DNA from: Dehalococcoidia bacterium
GTDB taxonomy: Bacteria; Chloroflexota; Dehalococcoidia; UBA2979
Length of the DNA: 64,000 nt
Assembly (NCBI GenBank): GCA_965219085.1
Contig: OZ244720.1
Span: 1,440,001 to 1,504,000, forward strand
Direction of reading: 5' to 3'
Both the position numbers and the translations under genes were made by a program. Of the stretch, positions 1-11,802 are shown in pieces. Position 1 is the first letter of the stretch. Every line of letters begins with the position of its first letter. Under the pieces are notes generated by a model. That model was given only the letters and a program-made list of their open reading frames with translations, had not been told where the DNA came from and did no database searches.

Positions 1-1227
1 TCACAGGCCGGGGCGCTGGCGCGCGCACTGCGCGGCGTCGACGCCGGCAGCGTCGCCATCGCCGCGCAGCCCGACTGGCTGAGCAGCGACCTCGAACGCG
101 GCGGGCAAGCGCTCGCCGAGGGCTTCACGCTGGGCCTCTACCGCTTCGACCAGCACCACACGCGCGAGCAGGACCGCCCGCGCGGCAACGTCGAGTCGAT
201 CCGCATCGTCGAGCCCTCGGAGCGTCGCGCCGCCCGCATCCGCGCGGGCGTCGAGCGCGGGCAGATCATGGCGGAAGCGCAGAACCTCACACGCGACCTC
301 GCCAACTCGCCGGCGAACCTCATGACACCGACGGACATGGCCGCGAAAGCGCAGGAGATCGCCGAGGCCACGGGCCTGGAGTGCGAGATCATCGAGCGCG
401 AGGAGGCCGAACGGCTCGGCATGGGCTCGTACCTCTCGGTCGCGCAGGGGTCGCAGCAGCCGCCGAAGTTCATCGTGCTGCGCTACCGCGGTGGAACCGG
501 CCGGCGCAGCGTGGGGCTGATCGGCAAGGGCATCACGTTCGACTCCGGCGGCATCTCCATCAAGCCGGCGGGGGGCATGGAGCGGATGAAGGCCGACATG
601 AGCGGCGCGGCCGCCGTCCTCGGCGCGATGCAGGCCATCGCGCGACTCGCCCCCGCCATCAACGTGACCGGGATCGCCCCGTGTACGGAGAACCTGCCGA
701 GCGGCAGCGCCACCAAGCCCGGCGACGTCTTCTACGCGATGGACGGCCAGTCCGTCGAGGTGATCAACACGGACGCCGAGGGCCGGCTCGTCCTCGCCGA
801 CGCGCTCGGCTACGCCCGAGCGCACAACTGCTCGCCGTTGATCGACGTCGCGACGCTGACCGGCGCGATGTCGATCGCGCTCGGCAACGTGCGCACCGGC
901 GTGTTCGCGAACAACGAGCGCCTCTACCGCGACCTCGACCGCGCGGCCGAGGCCGCGGGTGAGCCGATCTGGCGCTTCCCGCTCGACGACGAGTACGACA
1001 ACCAGATCAAGTCGGACGTGGCGGACATCAAGAACACCGGCGGGCGCGGCGCGGGCTCGATCACGGCCGCGAAGTTCCTGCAGCGCTTCGCGCACGACAC
1101 GCCGTGGGCGCACTTCGACATCGCCGGCGTCATGGACAACGAGCGTGACCGCGGCGAGAAGGTGAAGGGCGTCGCCGGTGCCGCGACGCGCACGCTCATC
1201 GAGTACGTGCTCGCGCGCGCCGGGTAG
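1..1227 (+). CDS. pepA: Leucyl aminopeptidase (M17), 5' end outside window
   Basis: Frame 1 is open from base 1; GKGITFDSGG, MKADMSGAA and NTDAEGRL motifs. Confidence 0.95.
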   Translation, partial: SQAGALARALRGVDAGSVAIAAQPDWLSSDLERGGQALAEGFTLGLYRFDQHHTREQDRPRGNVESIRIVEPSERRAARIRAGVERGQIMAEAQNLTRDLANSPANLMTPTDMAAKAQEIAEATGLECEIIEREEAERLGMGSYLSVAQGSQQPPKFIVLRYRGGTGRRSVGLIGKGITFDSGGISIKPAGGMERMKADMSGAAAVLGAMQAIARLAPAINVTGIAPCTENLPSGSATKPGDVFYAMDGQSVEVINTDAEGRLVLADALGYARAHNCSPLIDVATLTGAMSIALGNVRTGVFANNERLYRDLDRAAEAAGEPIWRFPLDDEYDNQIKSDVADIKNTGGRGAGSITAAKFLQRFAHDTPWAHFDIAGVMDNERDRGEKVKGVAGAATRTLIEYVLARAG

Positions 1228-1249
1228 CCCCGGCCCGCCGCCACATGAC

Positions 1250-1279
1250 CACGGCCCGCGGGGATCCCCGCGGGCCGTG
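1250..1279. terminator. Perfect 30-bp palindrome between convergent pepA and coaBC; probable bidirectional terminator
   Basis: CACGGCCCGCGGGGA/TCCCCGCGGGCCGTG; the core GCGGGGATCCCCGC is a variant of the dispersed palindrome family. Confidence 0.6.
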
Positions 1280-1304
1280 CGGCGTCGGTGACCCGAGGGG
1301 TCCG

Positions 1305-2522
1305 CTACCCGCGGGCGGCGAGCAGTTCCTGCACCCGGTCGAGGATGCGCACGCCACAGTCGTACTTCGACATCAGCGGCAGTTCCTCGTGGCCGCCCGC
1401 GCGGTCGAGGATCGTGATGCGGTTGTTGTCGACGGCGAAGCCGGCGTCGGTCGCCGACACGTCGTTGGCGACGATGAGGTGGGCGTTCTTCTCGACCAGC
1501 TTCTTCGCGGCGTTGTCCACAAGGTCCTGCGTCTCCGCGGCGAACGCGACCTTGATCAGTCCGTCGACCGTGACGGAGGCGATGATGTCCGGGTTGCGGA
1601 CGAGGTCGATGCCCCACGTCTCGCGGCCGCCGCGCTTCTGCTTCTCCGCGGCGGCCTCCAGCGGCCGATAGTCGGCGACTGCTGCCGCCATGATGAGTGC
1701 GTCGCACGCGGGGACGTGCTCCTGCACCGCCTCGAGCATCTCCTGCGCGGTCTCCACCGCAGCGATGCGCACGCCCGCCGGCGCCGCGAGCTCGGCGCTC
1801 GTGATCAGCACGACCTCGGCGCCGCGGTCGCGCGCGGCTTCGGCGACGGCGTAGCCCATCTTCCCGCTCGAGCGGTTGCCGACGAAGCGCACGGGGTCGA
1901 CCGGCTCGCGCGTGCCGCCGGCGGTGACGGCGATGCGGGCGCCGGCGAGCGGCCCGTCGAGGCGCCCGGCCGCGGCCTTGATGTGGTCGGCGATCGCGAT
2001 CGGCTCCATGAGCCGGCCCGCACCCATCTCGCCCGAGGCGAGGCGGCCCTCGACGGGCCCGAGGAACGCGACGCCGCGCTCCTGCAGCGTGCGCGCATTG
2101 GCCTGCGTGGCGGGGTTCGCCCACATGCCGGCGTCCATCGCCGGCGCCACGAGCAGCGGTCCGCGCATGGCAAGCGCCGCCAGCGTCACGCAGTCGTCGG
2201 AGATGCCGTGCGCCATCCGCGCCATCACGGAGGCGGTCGCCGGCGTCACGAGCATGAGGTCGGCCTCGCGGCCGAGCGCCACGTGCGGCTCGGCGTGCTC
2301 GCCATCGGGCGCCCAGATGTCGACGAGGGGCTCATGGCCGGTCACCCCGCGGAACGTAGCGGGGCCAACGAATTCTGTTGCGGCGCGGGTCATCACCGGG
2401 CGCACGGTAGCGCCCGCCTGGACGAGGCGACTGGCCACCTCGACCGCCTTGTACGCGGCGATCGAGCCGGTCACACCCAGCACGATCGTACGTCCCGAGA
2501 GCGGCCCTGATGCTTCACTCAT
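1305..2522 (-). CDS. coaBC: Bifunctional phosphopantothenoylcysteine decarboxylase/synthase
   Basis: GVTGSIAAYK, PAMDAGMW, TAGGTREPVDPVRF, NRSSGKMG, AAVADY. Confidence 0.95.
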   Translation of the reverse strand: MSEASGPLSGRTIVLGVTGSIAAYKAVEVASRLVQAGATVRPVMTRAATEFVGPATFRGVTGHEPLVDIWAPDGEHAEPHVALGREADLMLVTPATASVMARMAHGISDDCVTLAALAMRGPLLVAPAMDAGMWANPATQANARTLQERGVAFLGPVEGRLASGEMGAGRLMEPIAIADHIKAAAGRLDGPLAGARIAVTAGGTREPVDPVRFVGNRSSGKMGYAVAEAARDRGAEVVLITSAELAAPAGVRIAAVETAQEMLEAVQEHVPACDALIMAAAVADYRPLEAAAEKQKRGGRETWGIDLVRNPDIIASVTVDGLIKVAFAAETQDLVDNAAKKLVEKNAHLIVANDVSATDAGFAVDNNRITILDRAGGHEELPLMSKYDCGVRILDRVQELLAARG

Positions 2523-3289
2523 TGGTTGGCCTCATAGACGAGCCGCAGTGCCTCGAAGTTGAGGTCCGGCTCGATCGCATCGACGCAGCCCGTAGCCGCG
2601 GCGATCTCGTTCGCGTATCCGCCCGTGGCGATCACCGTTGCGTCATCGCCAATCTCCTCTTTGAAGCGGCGCACCATGCCGCGCACCATTTCGACATACC
2701 CGTAGAACATCCCGGCCTGCATCCCGTCCACCGTGTTGCGGCCGATCACGCTCCCCGTGGCCGGCGGCGTCAGCTCGACGCGGTTCAACATCGCGGCGCC
2801 GTCGAACAGCGCCTGGGCCGAGATGCCGATGCCGGGGGCGATGGTACCCCCCAGGTAGTCGCCGTCGCGCCCCACCGCGTCGAACACCAGGGCCGTACCG
2901 AAGTCGACGATGATCACCGGTGGCGTATGACGGTGCACGGCCGCGACCGCGTGCAGGATGCGGTCCGGCCCGACCGCCGCGGGGTTGTCGTAGCGGATGG
3001 GCACGCCGGCCTGCACCTCGGCGCTCACCACGATCGGCCCGACGCCGAAGGCCCGCCGGCACGCGCCACCAACGGCCGCCGTCAGCACCGGCACGGTCGA
3101 CGAGAGGACGGCGCCATCGGTGGTCGCGGGGTCAATACCGCGGTTCTGGAGCCCGGCCTCGATGTGCTCGGCGTACGCCTCGGAGCTCATCTCGCGGTCA
3201 CTCGCGAGGCGGAAACGCGCGGCGATGGCCGCGCCTTCGAAGGCGGCGACGGCCACGCTCGTGTTACCGATGTCGATGGCGAGGAGCAC
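2519..3289 (-). CDS. coaX: Type III pantothenate kinase
   Basis: LAIDIGNT, GPDR, VDFGTA, GGTIAPG, ATGG; start placed at GTG 3289. Confidence 0.93.
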   Translation of the reverse strand: MLLAIDIGNTSVAVAAFEGAAIAARFRLASDREMSSEAYAEHIEAGLQNRGIDPATTDGAVLSSTVPVLTAAVGGACRRAFGVGPIVVSAEVQAGVPIRYDNPAAVGPDRILHAVAAVHRHTPPVIIVDFGTALVFDAVGRDGDYLGGTIAPGIGISAQALFDGAAMLNRVELTPPATGSVIGRNTVDGMQAGMFYGYVEMVRGMVRRFKEEIGDDATVIATGGYANEIAAATGCVDAIEPDLNFEALRLVYEANQ

Positions 3290-3380
3290 GAACGCCCCCG
3301 TTGGTTGGCGGCGCACCGGCGGCAACGGAGACGTTCGGCTGGTGGCCCGGCGCCCGTAACTGGTCCGGTATCGGGAGGGA

Positions 3381-3615
3381 TTATACACAGAGAGTCCCCA
3401 ATCGAGCCCTCGGCGGCGCCTCCCCTACATAGCATTGTTGCCTTGCCCGAGTTCGGGGGCTACGTTGCGTTCCGGATTTCACTATCACCTCCTGCAACGA
3501 GCTCAGAAGCAGCGCTTGCGGGGACGTTGCAAGCGGCCGGTGGGGTGAACCCGCTCGCGGGTCGGCCGTACGTCCTCCGCAAAAGTTACCCACAGTTATC
3601 CCAAACTGTGGGTTC
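3381..3615. promoter_or_regulatory. DnaA-box cluster upstream of dnaA
   Basis: TTATACACA 3381-3389, TTACCCACA 3586-3594, TTATCCCAA 3596-3604, TGTGGGTTC 3607-3615 versus consensus TTWTNCACA. Confidence 0.7.
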
Positions 3616-3654
3616 TACCGCACTGCGCCCTGGGTCTCGCCTCTGGAGCACCTG

Positions 3655-5007
3655 TTGTCCAACGATCCTGCCGAGCTATGGGAGATGGCGCGCCGCTCGC
3701 TCCGGCAGCACGTATCCGACGCCAACTACGAGACCTGGCTCGCCCCCACCGAGGGCGTGCGGCTCGAGGGCGACACGCTCATTGTCGGGACACGATCGGA
3801 GTTCATCACGGAGTGGCTCCAGCAGCGGCTGATGCCGCTCATCAGGCGCACACTCGCCGACCTCGGCGACCAGCCGCTCGACATCGCCTTCACGCCGCTG
3901 CGTGCGCCGGACGACGAGGCGCCGGTGCTCCAGCGCGGCGGCGACCCGGGTCGCCCGAGCCCGGACAGCTACCGCCGCCCGCGTCTGCGCGCGCAGTACC
4001 AGTTCCGCTCGTTCGTCGTGGGGCCCAACAACCGCCTCGCCGTTGCGGCGGCCGAGGGCGTCGCGCGCTTGCCGGGGCATCTCCACAACCCGCTGTTCCT
4101 CTACGGCGCTGTGGGCCTTGGGAAAACGCACCTGCTGCAGGCCGTGGGCCATGCCCTCCTCGATAGCAAACTGCGCCTGCTCTACATCTCGGCCGAGCAG
4201 TTCACGAACGACCTCATCCAGTCCATCCAGCAGCGCACGCAGGAGGAGTTCCGCCTCCGCTACCGCACCGCCGACGCCCTGCTTATCGACGACATCCAGT
4301 TCGTGAGCGGGAAGGAAGCGACGCAGGAAGAGCTGTTCCACACCTTCAATAACCTGTACGAGGCCGGGCGCCAGATCGTCATCACCTCGGACAAGAGTCC
4401 GCAGCTGATACCGGAGCTCGAAGAGCGCCTCAGGTCCCGCTTCGAGTGGGGCATGATCGCGGACATCCAGGCACCCGATGTTGAGACGCGCATCGCCATC
4501 CTGCGGTCCAAGGCCGAAGAACAGCACGTCCGGCTCGACAACGATTCACTGCACGTGATCGCTCGGCGATACACGCACAACATCCGTGAGCTCGAAGGTT
4601 CGCTCACCCGCGTACTCGCTTACGCACGCCTGGTCGAGGAACCCGTCACGCCCGCGCTCGTGCAGTCAGCGCTCGCATCCCTCGACCCGGCCGAGCCCCA
4701 GCTGCCGCCGTCGCCTGAGATCATCATCGACGTGGTGTGCCGCTACTTCGGCATCGGGCGCGAGGCGCTGCTGTCCAAGAGCCGGGCGAAGCGCGTCGCC
4801 TACCCGCGCCAACTCGCGATGTACCTCATCCGCGAGATGTCGCATCGCTCCCTCGTCGAGATCGGCACGGTCCTCGGCGGCCGCGATCACTCCACGGTGC
4901 ATCATGGCTGGCGCAAGATGAGCCGCTCGCTGCAGATCGAGCCCGAGACGCGCCAGGACGTCACCACACTGCGCGAACTCGTCGAGCGCGCTCGCCAGGC
5001 TGCCTGA
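3655..5007 (+). CDS. dnaA: Chromosomal replication initiator DnaA
   Basis: NPLFLYGAVGLGKTHL, LLIDDIQF, QEELFHTFN, RSRFEWG, GGRDHSTV. Confidence 0.98.
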   Translation: MSNDPAELWEMARRSLRQHVSDANYETWLAPTEGVRLEGDTLIVGTRSEFITEWLQQRLMPLIRRTLADLGDQPLDIAFTPLRAPDDEAPVLQRGGDPGRPSPDSYRRPRLRAQYQFRSFVVGPNNRLAVAAAEGVARLPGHLHNPLFLYGAVGLGKTHLLQAVGHALLDSKLRLLYISAEQFTNDLIQSIQQRTQEEFRLRYRTADALLIDDIQFVSGKEATQEELFHTFNNLYEAGRQIVITSDKSPQLIPELEERLRSRFEWGMIADIQAPDVETRIAILRSKAEEQHVRLDNDSLHVIARRYTHNIRELEGSLTRVLAYARLVEEPVTPALVQSALASLDPAEPQLPPSPEIIIDVVCRYFGIGREALLSKSRAKRVAYPRQLAMYLIREMSHRSLVEIGTVLGGRDHSTVHHGWRKMSRSLQIEPETRQDVTTLRELVERARQAA

Positions 5008-5009
5008 GC

Positions 5010-5378
5010 GCCTTCCACTACACCGCCTAGCACCTCACGGCGCGTCCTTACTGTGCGCCGGATCGAACAATCCACACTTGTTGACGCTCGGTGGATAACC
5101 TCGGCGGTTCACGTTGATCGTGTGGCCTGGCCGTGGACGTCCGCCCCCCTCGCCGACCGCGCTGATGGCCCGCTCGGCCTCCCGGTGTCACCTTCCCACA
5201 GCCACTCCCCACCTCCGCCGCCGTGGTGCCCACACCTCATACGCCATACTCCTCCCCGGTCGTCACTGCGTTACCCACACCGCCAACGGCTCTACCACTA
5301 CGACTAGTCTCGCCCCCTACACTGTGTCGTGAAGAGCGCTTAACCGGAGCGCTTCCGCGAGAGCGTGTGGATTGTGCC
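5010..5378. other. Probable oriC unwinding region (dnaA-obgE intergenic)
   Basis: DnaA-box-like CAATCCACA 5068, GGTGGATAA 5090, TTACCCACA 5271, TGTGGATTG 5366; trio-like TACCACTACGACTAG 5293-5307. Confidence 0.7.
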
Positions 5379-6632
5379 GTGATCGACCACGTTCAATTCG
5401 TCGTGCGGGCAGGTAGTGGTGGTGGCGGCATCGTCTCGATGCGGCGCGAGAAGTTTGTGCCACAGGGTGGTCCCGATGGTGGGGACGGCGGCCGTGGGGG
5501 CAGCGTCGTGCTTGTCGCCGACAGCAAGGTCGCCGGCCTCGGGGCGTATCGCGATGCGCGGGTGCGTGGGGCGAGCGCTGGGCGGCCGGGCGGCTCCGTG
5601 CAGCGTAAGGGCGCCTCCGGCGAAGACCTCGTCTTGCCGGTGCCGGTGGGCAGCATCGTCTGGGACGGTGCGGAGCGGCTGGCGGATCTGACCGGGGCAG
5701 GGGAGCGGCTCGTCGTTGCGCGAGGGGGCCGTGGCGGCTGGGGGAACAAGCGATTCACCACGGCGACCCGCCGCACGCCACGGTTCGCGCAGAAGGGCTC
5801 CCCGGGAGAGCGGCGCGAGTTGCGCATCGAGCTCAAGCTACTCGCGGACGTGGGGCTCGTCGGACTGCCGAATGCAGGCAAGTCGACGTTGCTCGGCGCC
5901 TGGTCGGCGGCGCAGCCGCGCGTCGCGCCGTACCCGTTCACCACGCTTGAGCCTGAACTCGGCGTCGTCGAACTGGGCTATGACAGCTTCGTGGCTGCCG
6001 ACATGCCGGGGCTGATCGAGGGGGCGAGCCAGGGCGTGGGCCTCGGGCACGAGTTCCTGCGCCACGTGGAGCGCACACGCGTCCTGGTACACGTGCTCGA
6101 CATGACGCGCGACGACCCACTCGCCGACCTCGTACTCATCAACGAAGAGTTGGCGACATTCGGCCACGGCCTCGCGGACAAGCCGCAGGTGCTCGCGCTC
6201 AACAAGATCGACGACCCGGATGCGGCGGCCCACGTCGAGCTGCTCGAGGAGCAGGTGGAGGCGCTGGGAGTGCCGTGGCTGGCCATCTCGGCCGCGAGCG
6301 GCGAGGGTACGATGCCGCTCGCCCAGCGCGCCTTCCAGGTGCTGCAGGAGCAGCTCGAGCACGAGGTAGAGTCGGTGCCCCCGCCGCTGTTGCAGCCCGA
6401 GCCCCGGGTACGCGAGCGCGTCCGCGCCGAGCGCGACGGGGACGGCATGGCCGTGGTGCACGGGAGCACGGCCGAATGGCTGGCGCTGACCCTGGACGCC
6501 GAGGAGGCCGAGGCGCGCGAGGAGTTGCTGGACCGGCTGCGACGGCTCGGGGTGCAGCGCGCGTTGACGCGGCTCGGCGTGCGGTCGGGGGAACGGGTCC
6601 GCATCGGCGAGGTCGAGCTGACGTGGGAGTGA
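5379..6632 (+). CDS. obgE: GTPase ObgE/CgtA
   Basis: GGPDGGDGGRGG, GLPNAGKST, YPFTTL, DMPGLI, NKID; GTG start at 5379. Confidence 0.96.
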   Translation: MIDHVQFVVRAGSGGGGIVSMRREKFVPQGGPDGGDGGRGGSVVLVADSKVAGLGAYRDARVRGASAGRPGGSVQRKGASGEDLVLPVPVGSIVWDGAERLADLTGAGERLVVARGGRGGWGNKRFTTATRRTPRFAQKGSPGERRELRIELKLLADVGLVGLPNAGKSTLLGAWSAAQPRVAPYPFTTLEPELGVVELGYDSFVAADMPGLIEGASQGVGLGHEFLRHVERTRVLVHVLDMTRDDPLADLVLINEELATFGHGLADKPQVLALNKIDDPDAAAHVELLEEQVEALGVPWLAISAASGEGTMPLAQRAFQVLQEQLEHEVESVPPPLLQPEPRVRERVRAERDGDGMAVVHGSTAEWLALTLDAEEAEAREELLDRLRRLGVQRALTRLGVRSGERVRIGEVELTWE

Positions 6633-7237
6633 GCGAAGCCTCGCGTATCGGCGTGTTGGGCGGGACGTTCGACCCGCCGCACCTCGCGCACCTCGTGCTC
6701 GCCGCCGCCGCGCGCCGCGCGTTGCAACTCGACCGCGTCGTGCTCGTGCCGGCCGGCGATCCCTGGCGCAAGGCCGACCGCGCCGTGACGCCGGCGCGGA
6801 CACGCCTGCAACTCGTGGGGGCAGCCGCCGAGGGGCTGCCGTGGGCCCAGGTCAGCGCCATCGAGGTCGAGCGCGACGGCCCGACGTACACCCTCGACAC
6901 GTTCGAGGAGCTGGCCACAGCCGAGCCGGACGCGGCGTGGTGGTTCCTGCTCGGGGAGGACGCGCTCGCCGACCTCCCGCACTGGCACGAGCCGCTGTGG
7001 CTGGTGCAGCGCGTGCGCTTCGGCCTCGCGCAGCGGCCGGGCGCCGAGCCAGCGGCGAGCACGCTCGAGGTGGTGCCCGGGCTGGCCAGCCGCGTCGACT
7101 TCGTGCCGATGCCGGCGCTCGACGTCTCGGCGAGCGAGCTGCGTCGTCGCGTCGCGCGCGGGGAGCCGACGGCGCCGCGCCTCCGGGCGGCCGTGCGGCG
7201 GCTCATCGACGACCTCGGGCTGTATCGGGACGCGTGA
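6629..7237 (+). CDS. nadD: Nicotinate-nucleotide adenylyltransferase
   Basis: GVLGGTFDPPHLAH, YTLDT, VSASELR; GTGA overlap with obgE. Confidence 0.93.
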   Translation: MSEASRIGVLGGTFDPPHLAHLVLAAAARRALQLDRVVLVPAGDPWRKADRAVTPARTRLQLVGAAAEGLPWAQVSAIEVERDGPTYTLDTFEELATAEPDAAWWFLLGEDALADLPHWHEPLWLVQRVRFGLAQRPGAEPAASTLEVVPGLASRVDFVPMPALDVSASELRRRVARGEPTAPRLRAAVRRLIDDLGLYRDA

Positions 7238-7251
7238 GCCGCGCCGGGGCG

Positions 7252-7989
7252 CTACGCCTCCTCGGGCGGGCGTCCGATGAGCACCGAAGCGCGCGGGATC
7301 GGCGGGAACAGGAACGGGCGCAGCAGCGCGTCCGTGACGAACGGGAACCCAGCCGCGGTCGCAAAGCGCATCAGCGTCGCCGTCGAGCGCATGTACGGCT
7401 CCTTCACGTGGGACGCGATGCAGAGCACGTTGAATGCGTCGAGCAGCCTGCGCCCCGTCGGGGCGAAGTCCCATATCAGGGCGAGCCCGCCTGGTGAGAG
7501 CACGCGATAGATCTCGTCGAGCAGGTCGCGCAGCCCATCGTCGTCGAGGTGCTTGACGAGGTGGCCGCACAGCACGAGTTGGAAGCAGCTGTCGGCGAAC
7601 GGCAGGCGCGTCGCGGTCGCCTGCACGAGCGCGCTGGGCCGGCCGGAGCGCGCCTCGTCCTTCGCGGCGAGCTTGAGCATCGGGCGCGAGAAGTCGAGGC
7701 CCACAGGGTCGCGCTCGAACGGCAGCTGGCGGTCGAGCAGGCGCAGCAGGGCGCCGCGGCCCGTGCCGATGTCGAGGGTGCGCTCGCTGCCGGTGAGGTT
7801 GAGCTCGGTGGGGAGGCGCAGCACCGGGGTGTTCACCGCGAAGGCGCCCTGCTCGCCCAGGAACCAGCGCATGAGGATCCCGCTGGGGGAGGGCACACGG
7901 AGCCATTGGTTGTATTCGGAGAGGCGCGCTCGCTCGTGGGAGTCGGGGGTCACGTCGGCGATGGTGGCACGCTCGGGCGGGCTGCTCAA
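7252..7989 (-). CDS. Class I SAM-dependent methyltransferase
   Basis: LDIGTGRG, GLDFS, LPFADSCF, RVLSPGG; start is TTG 7989 or GTG 7953. Confidence 0.85.
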   Translation of the reverse strand: MSSPPERATIADVTPDSHERARLSEYNQWLRVPSPSGILMRWFLGEQGAFAVNTPVLRLPTELNLTGSERTLDIGTGRGALLRLLDRQLPFERDPVGLDFSRPMLKLAAKDEARSGRPSALVQATATRLPFADSCFQLVLCGHLVKHLDDDGLRDLLDEIYRVLSPGGLALIWDFAPTGRRLLDAFNVLCIASHVKEPYMRSTATLMRFATAAGFPFVTDALLRPFLFPPIPRASVLIGRPPEEA

Positions 7990-8450
7990 TCGTCCGAGGT
8001 GCGGAGGTCGAACGAGAGCCTGACGCGCGCTTCGGACGCGGCCGCCCAGTCGCACATCTCCGCCAGCTCCGTGAGCCGAGGGGCGAGGGCGTCGTAGCCA
8101 TCGAGGAGCCCGTCCAGCTCCTCGTCGCCGCCGGCGATGGCGGCGGTGATGGCGCGGCAACACTCGGCGAGCGGTGCGGCGTCCTGCCAGGCGTGGTCCA
8201 GTTCGTGCTGGTCGGTGGGGTCCTCGACGTCGCGGTCGGCGTAGCGCAGCAGGGGGCGCAGCTCGACCTTGAAGCGGCGCTGCATGCGCATTGATGCCTG
8301 CGCCAGCTCGTGCTGCCCGCCGAAGCGCACGGTGTACGCCCACGAGGCGAAGAACAGCACGATCGTCGGGTCGCCGCCGAACGCGACGGGGCAGTCCTCG
8401 GCGCCGTCGAACTCGACGTGCAGGCGTTGCGTAGCGGCGTCGGACGTCAC
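7986..8450 (-). CDS. Hypothetical protein
   Basis: Overlapping start/stop codons with both neighbours; natural-looking composition; no family recognised. Confidence 0.7.
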   Translation of the reverse strand: MTSDAATQRLHVEFDGAEDCPVAFGGDPTIVLFFASWAYTVRFGGQHELAQASMRMQRRFKVELRPLLRYADRDVEDPTDQHELDHAWQDAAPLAECCRAITAAIAGGDEELDGLLDGYDALAPRLTELAEMCDWAAASEARVRLSFDLRTSDD

Positions 8451-8833
8451 GAGGGCTCTCCGAACCAGATGCCGAGGTACTTGGTGAACCAGAACAGCGC
8501 GACGTACGTCGTGAGGGCCGCGGCGGCCAGCACCGCGAGCATGCGGCGGTAGCGCAGCGCCCCATCGATCGAGCAGGCGCCGCGCCGGCGCAGGTGCAGC
8601 ACGACGGCGGTGACCGCGACGAGCGCGCCCGCGCCGCGGAAGTACCAGCCGTAGTCGTAGTAGAGGTTGTCGCCGAGCGTGACGCCCTGCGCGGCCGTCG
8701 CGATGCCGAGCAGCACGGCGACCACCGGCGAGACGCAGCACATGATGCCGGTCAGCCCCGAGACCAGCCCGATCATCACGCCGGCGCACACCTGGCGGTC
8801 CTCGGTGGGTGGCGCGGAAGGCGCGGCGGTCAT
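8447..8833 (-). CDS. MerT-like three-TM membrane protein
   Basis: Cys pair in first TM (MCCVSP), loop GACS, three hydrophobic segments. Confidence 0.6.
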   Translation of the reverse strand: MTAAPSAPPTEDRQVCAGVMIGLVSGLTGIMCCVSPVVAVLLGIATAAQGVTLGDNLYYDYGWYFRGAGALVAVTAVVLHLRRRGACSIDGALRYRRMLAVLAAAALTTYVALFWFTKYLGIWFGEPS

Positions 8834-9351
8834 TGAGGTGGTCCGTACTGGCCACGCTCGGTCAGGTAGGCGTCAGCTGCTCGAAGACGCCCGGCGGAGT
8901 CGCCGAACAGGCCGAGTCCAGTGTTGCAGGGTCGACAGAGCAGGCCGCGGACGGTGCCGGTTTCGTGATTGTGGTCAGGAATCGGCTTGCCCCCGAACTC
9001 CTTCTCACAGATGGCGCAGCGGTCGTTCTGGTCGCGCAGCATCCGTGCGTAGCCCTTCACCCCGAAGCCTGGATAGGACTGTAGCCGCTGTTTGAGCTCG
9101 CGCCGGGTCTCTTTGCGTCCCGCAGCCGTGCGCGCGGCCTTCCGGTCGGCCTTCTCCGCGGCCGCCTCCTCGTCGACGCTTTTGCGGCAGGCAGTACAGA
9201 ACTTGCGGGTTTGGTATCGCGCTAGCAGTTCTTGGCGTGTACCGCAACGCTGGCACTTCCACCGGACTTGCTTCGGTGGCTGTGGAAGCCTCCGCTTCCG
9301 AGCCTCACGCCGGGCCTGTATGGATCGCGCGGTTTGAGTCACCCTGGCCAC
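8830..9351 (-). CDS. Endonuclease VII-like His-Me finger nuclease with N-terminal Zn ribbon
   Basis: QNDRCAIC..DHNHETGTVRGLLCRPCNTGLG..AYL; N-terminal CQRC..CTAC. Confidence 0.85.
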   Translation of the reverse strand: MARVTQTARSIQARREARKRRLPQPPKQVRWKCQRCGTRQELLARYQTRKFCTACRKSVDEEAAAEKADRKAARTAAGRKETRRELKQRLQSYPGFGVKGYARMLRDQNDRCAICEKEFGGKPIPDHNHETGTVRGLLCRPCNTGLGLFGDSAGRLRAADAYLTERGQYGPPQ

Positions 9352-9368
9352 CCGAAGGAACGGGGCCG

Positions 9369-11429
<2,061 letters not shown>

Positions 11430-11542
11430 TCACGGATAGGTCGTACCCTGATTCTTCGTCGCGACGGCTGTGCGGAGGGGGGCTGCGCATCGAGCGGATG
11501 GGGCGCAGCGGCTGGTTGCGGCGTCGCGTTGAACACGCAATC

Positions 11543-11551
11543 AGTTTACCA
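11543..11551 (-). promoter_or_regulatory. Extended -10 promoter of gyrB
   Basis: TGGTAAACT on the minus strand about 130 bp upstream of the start. Confidence 0.5.
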
Positions 11552-11802
11552 CGGATCGCAGTTTCTGAGGCGCCGCGGGTGAGGTTGCCGAGCGTATCTC
11601 GCCCGCGATAAGACCCCTCAACCCGAGGGAACCCTGGCAGGGTCAGTATGCGGGACAATGTCATGGACATATCCGGCTCGGTAATGCCGTAATGCGTTGC
11701 CATAGCAGGCGGATACGCCGACAATGGTAAGGACAATTGTCGCGACAGGATCACTGACAGTCGACGGAAGAGCCGTCGACACGCCAGGATAGGCAGGACG
11801 CG

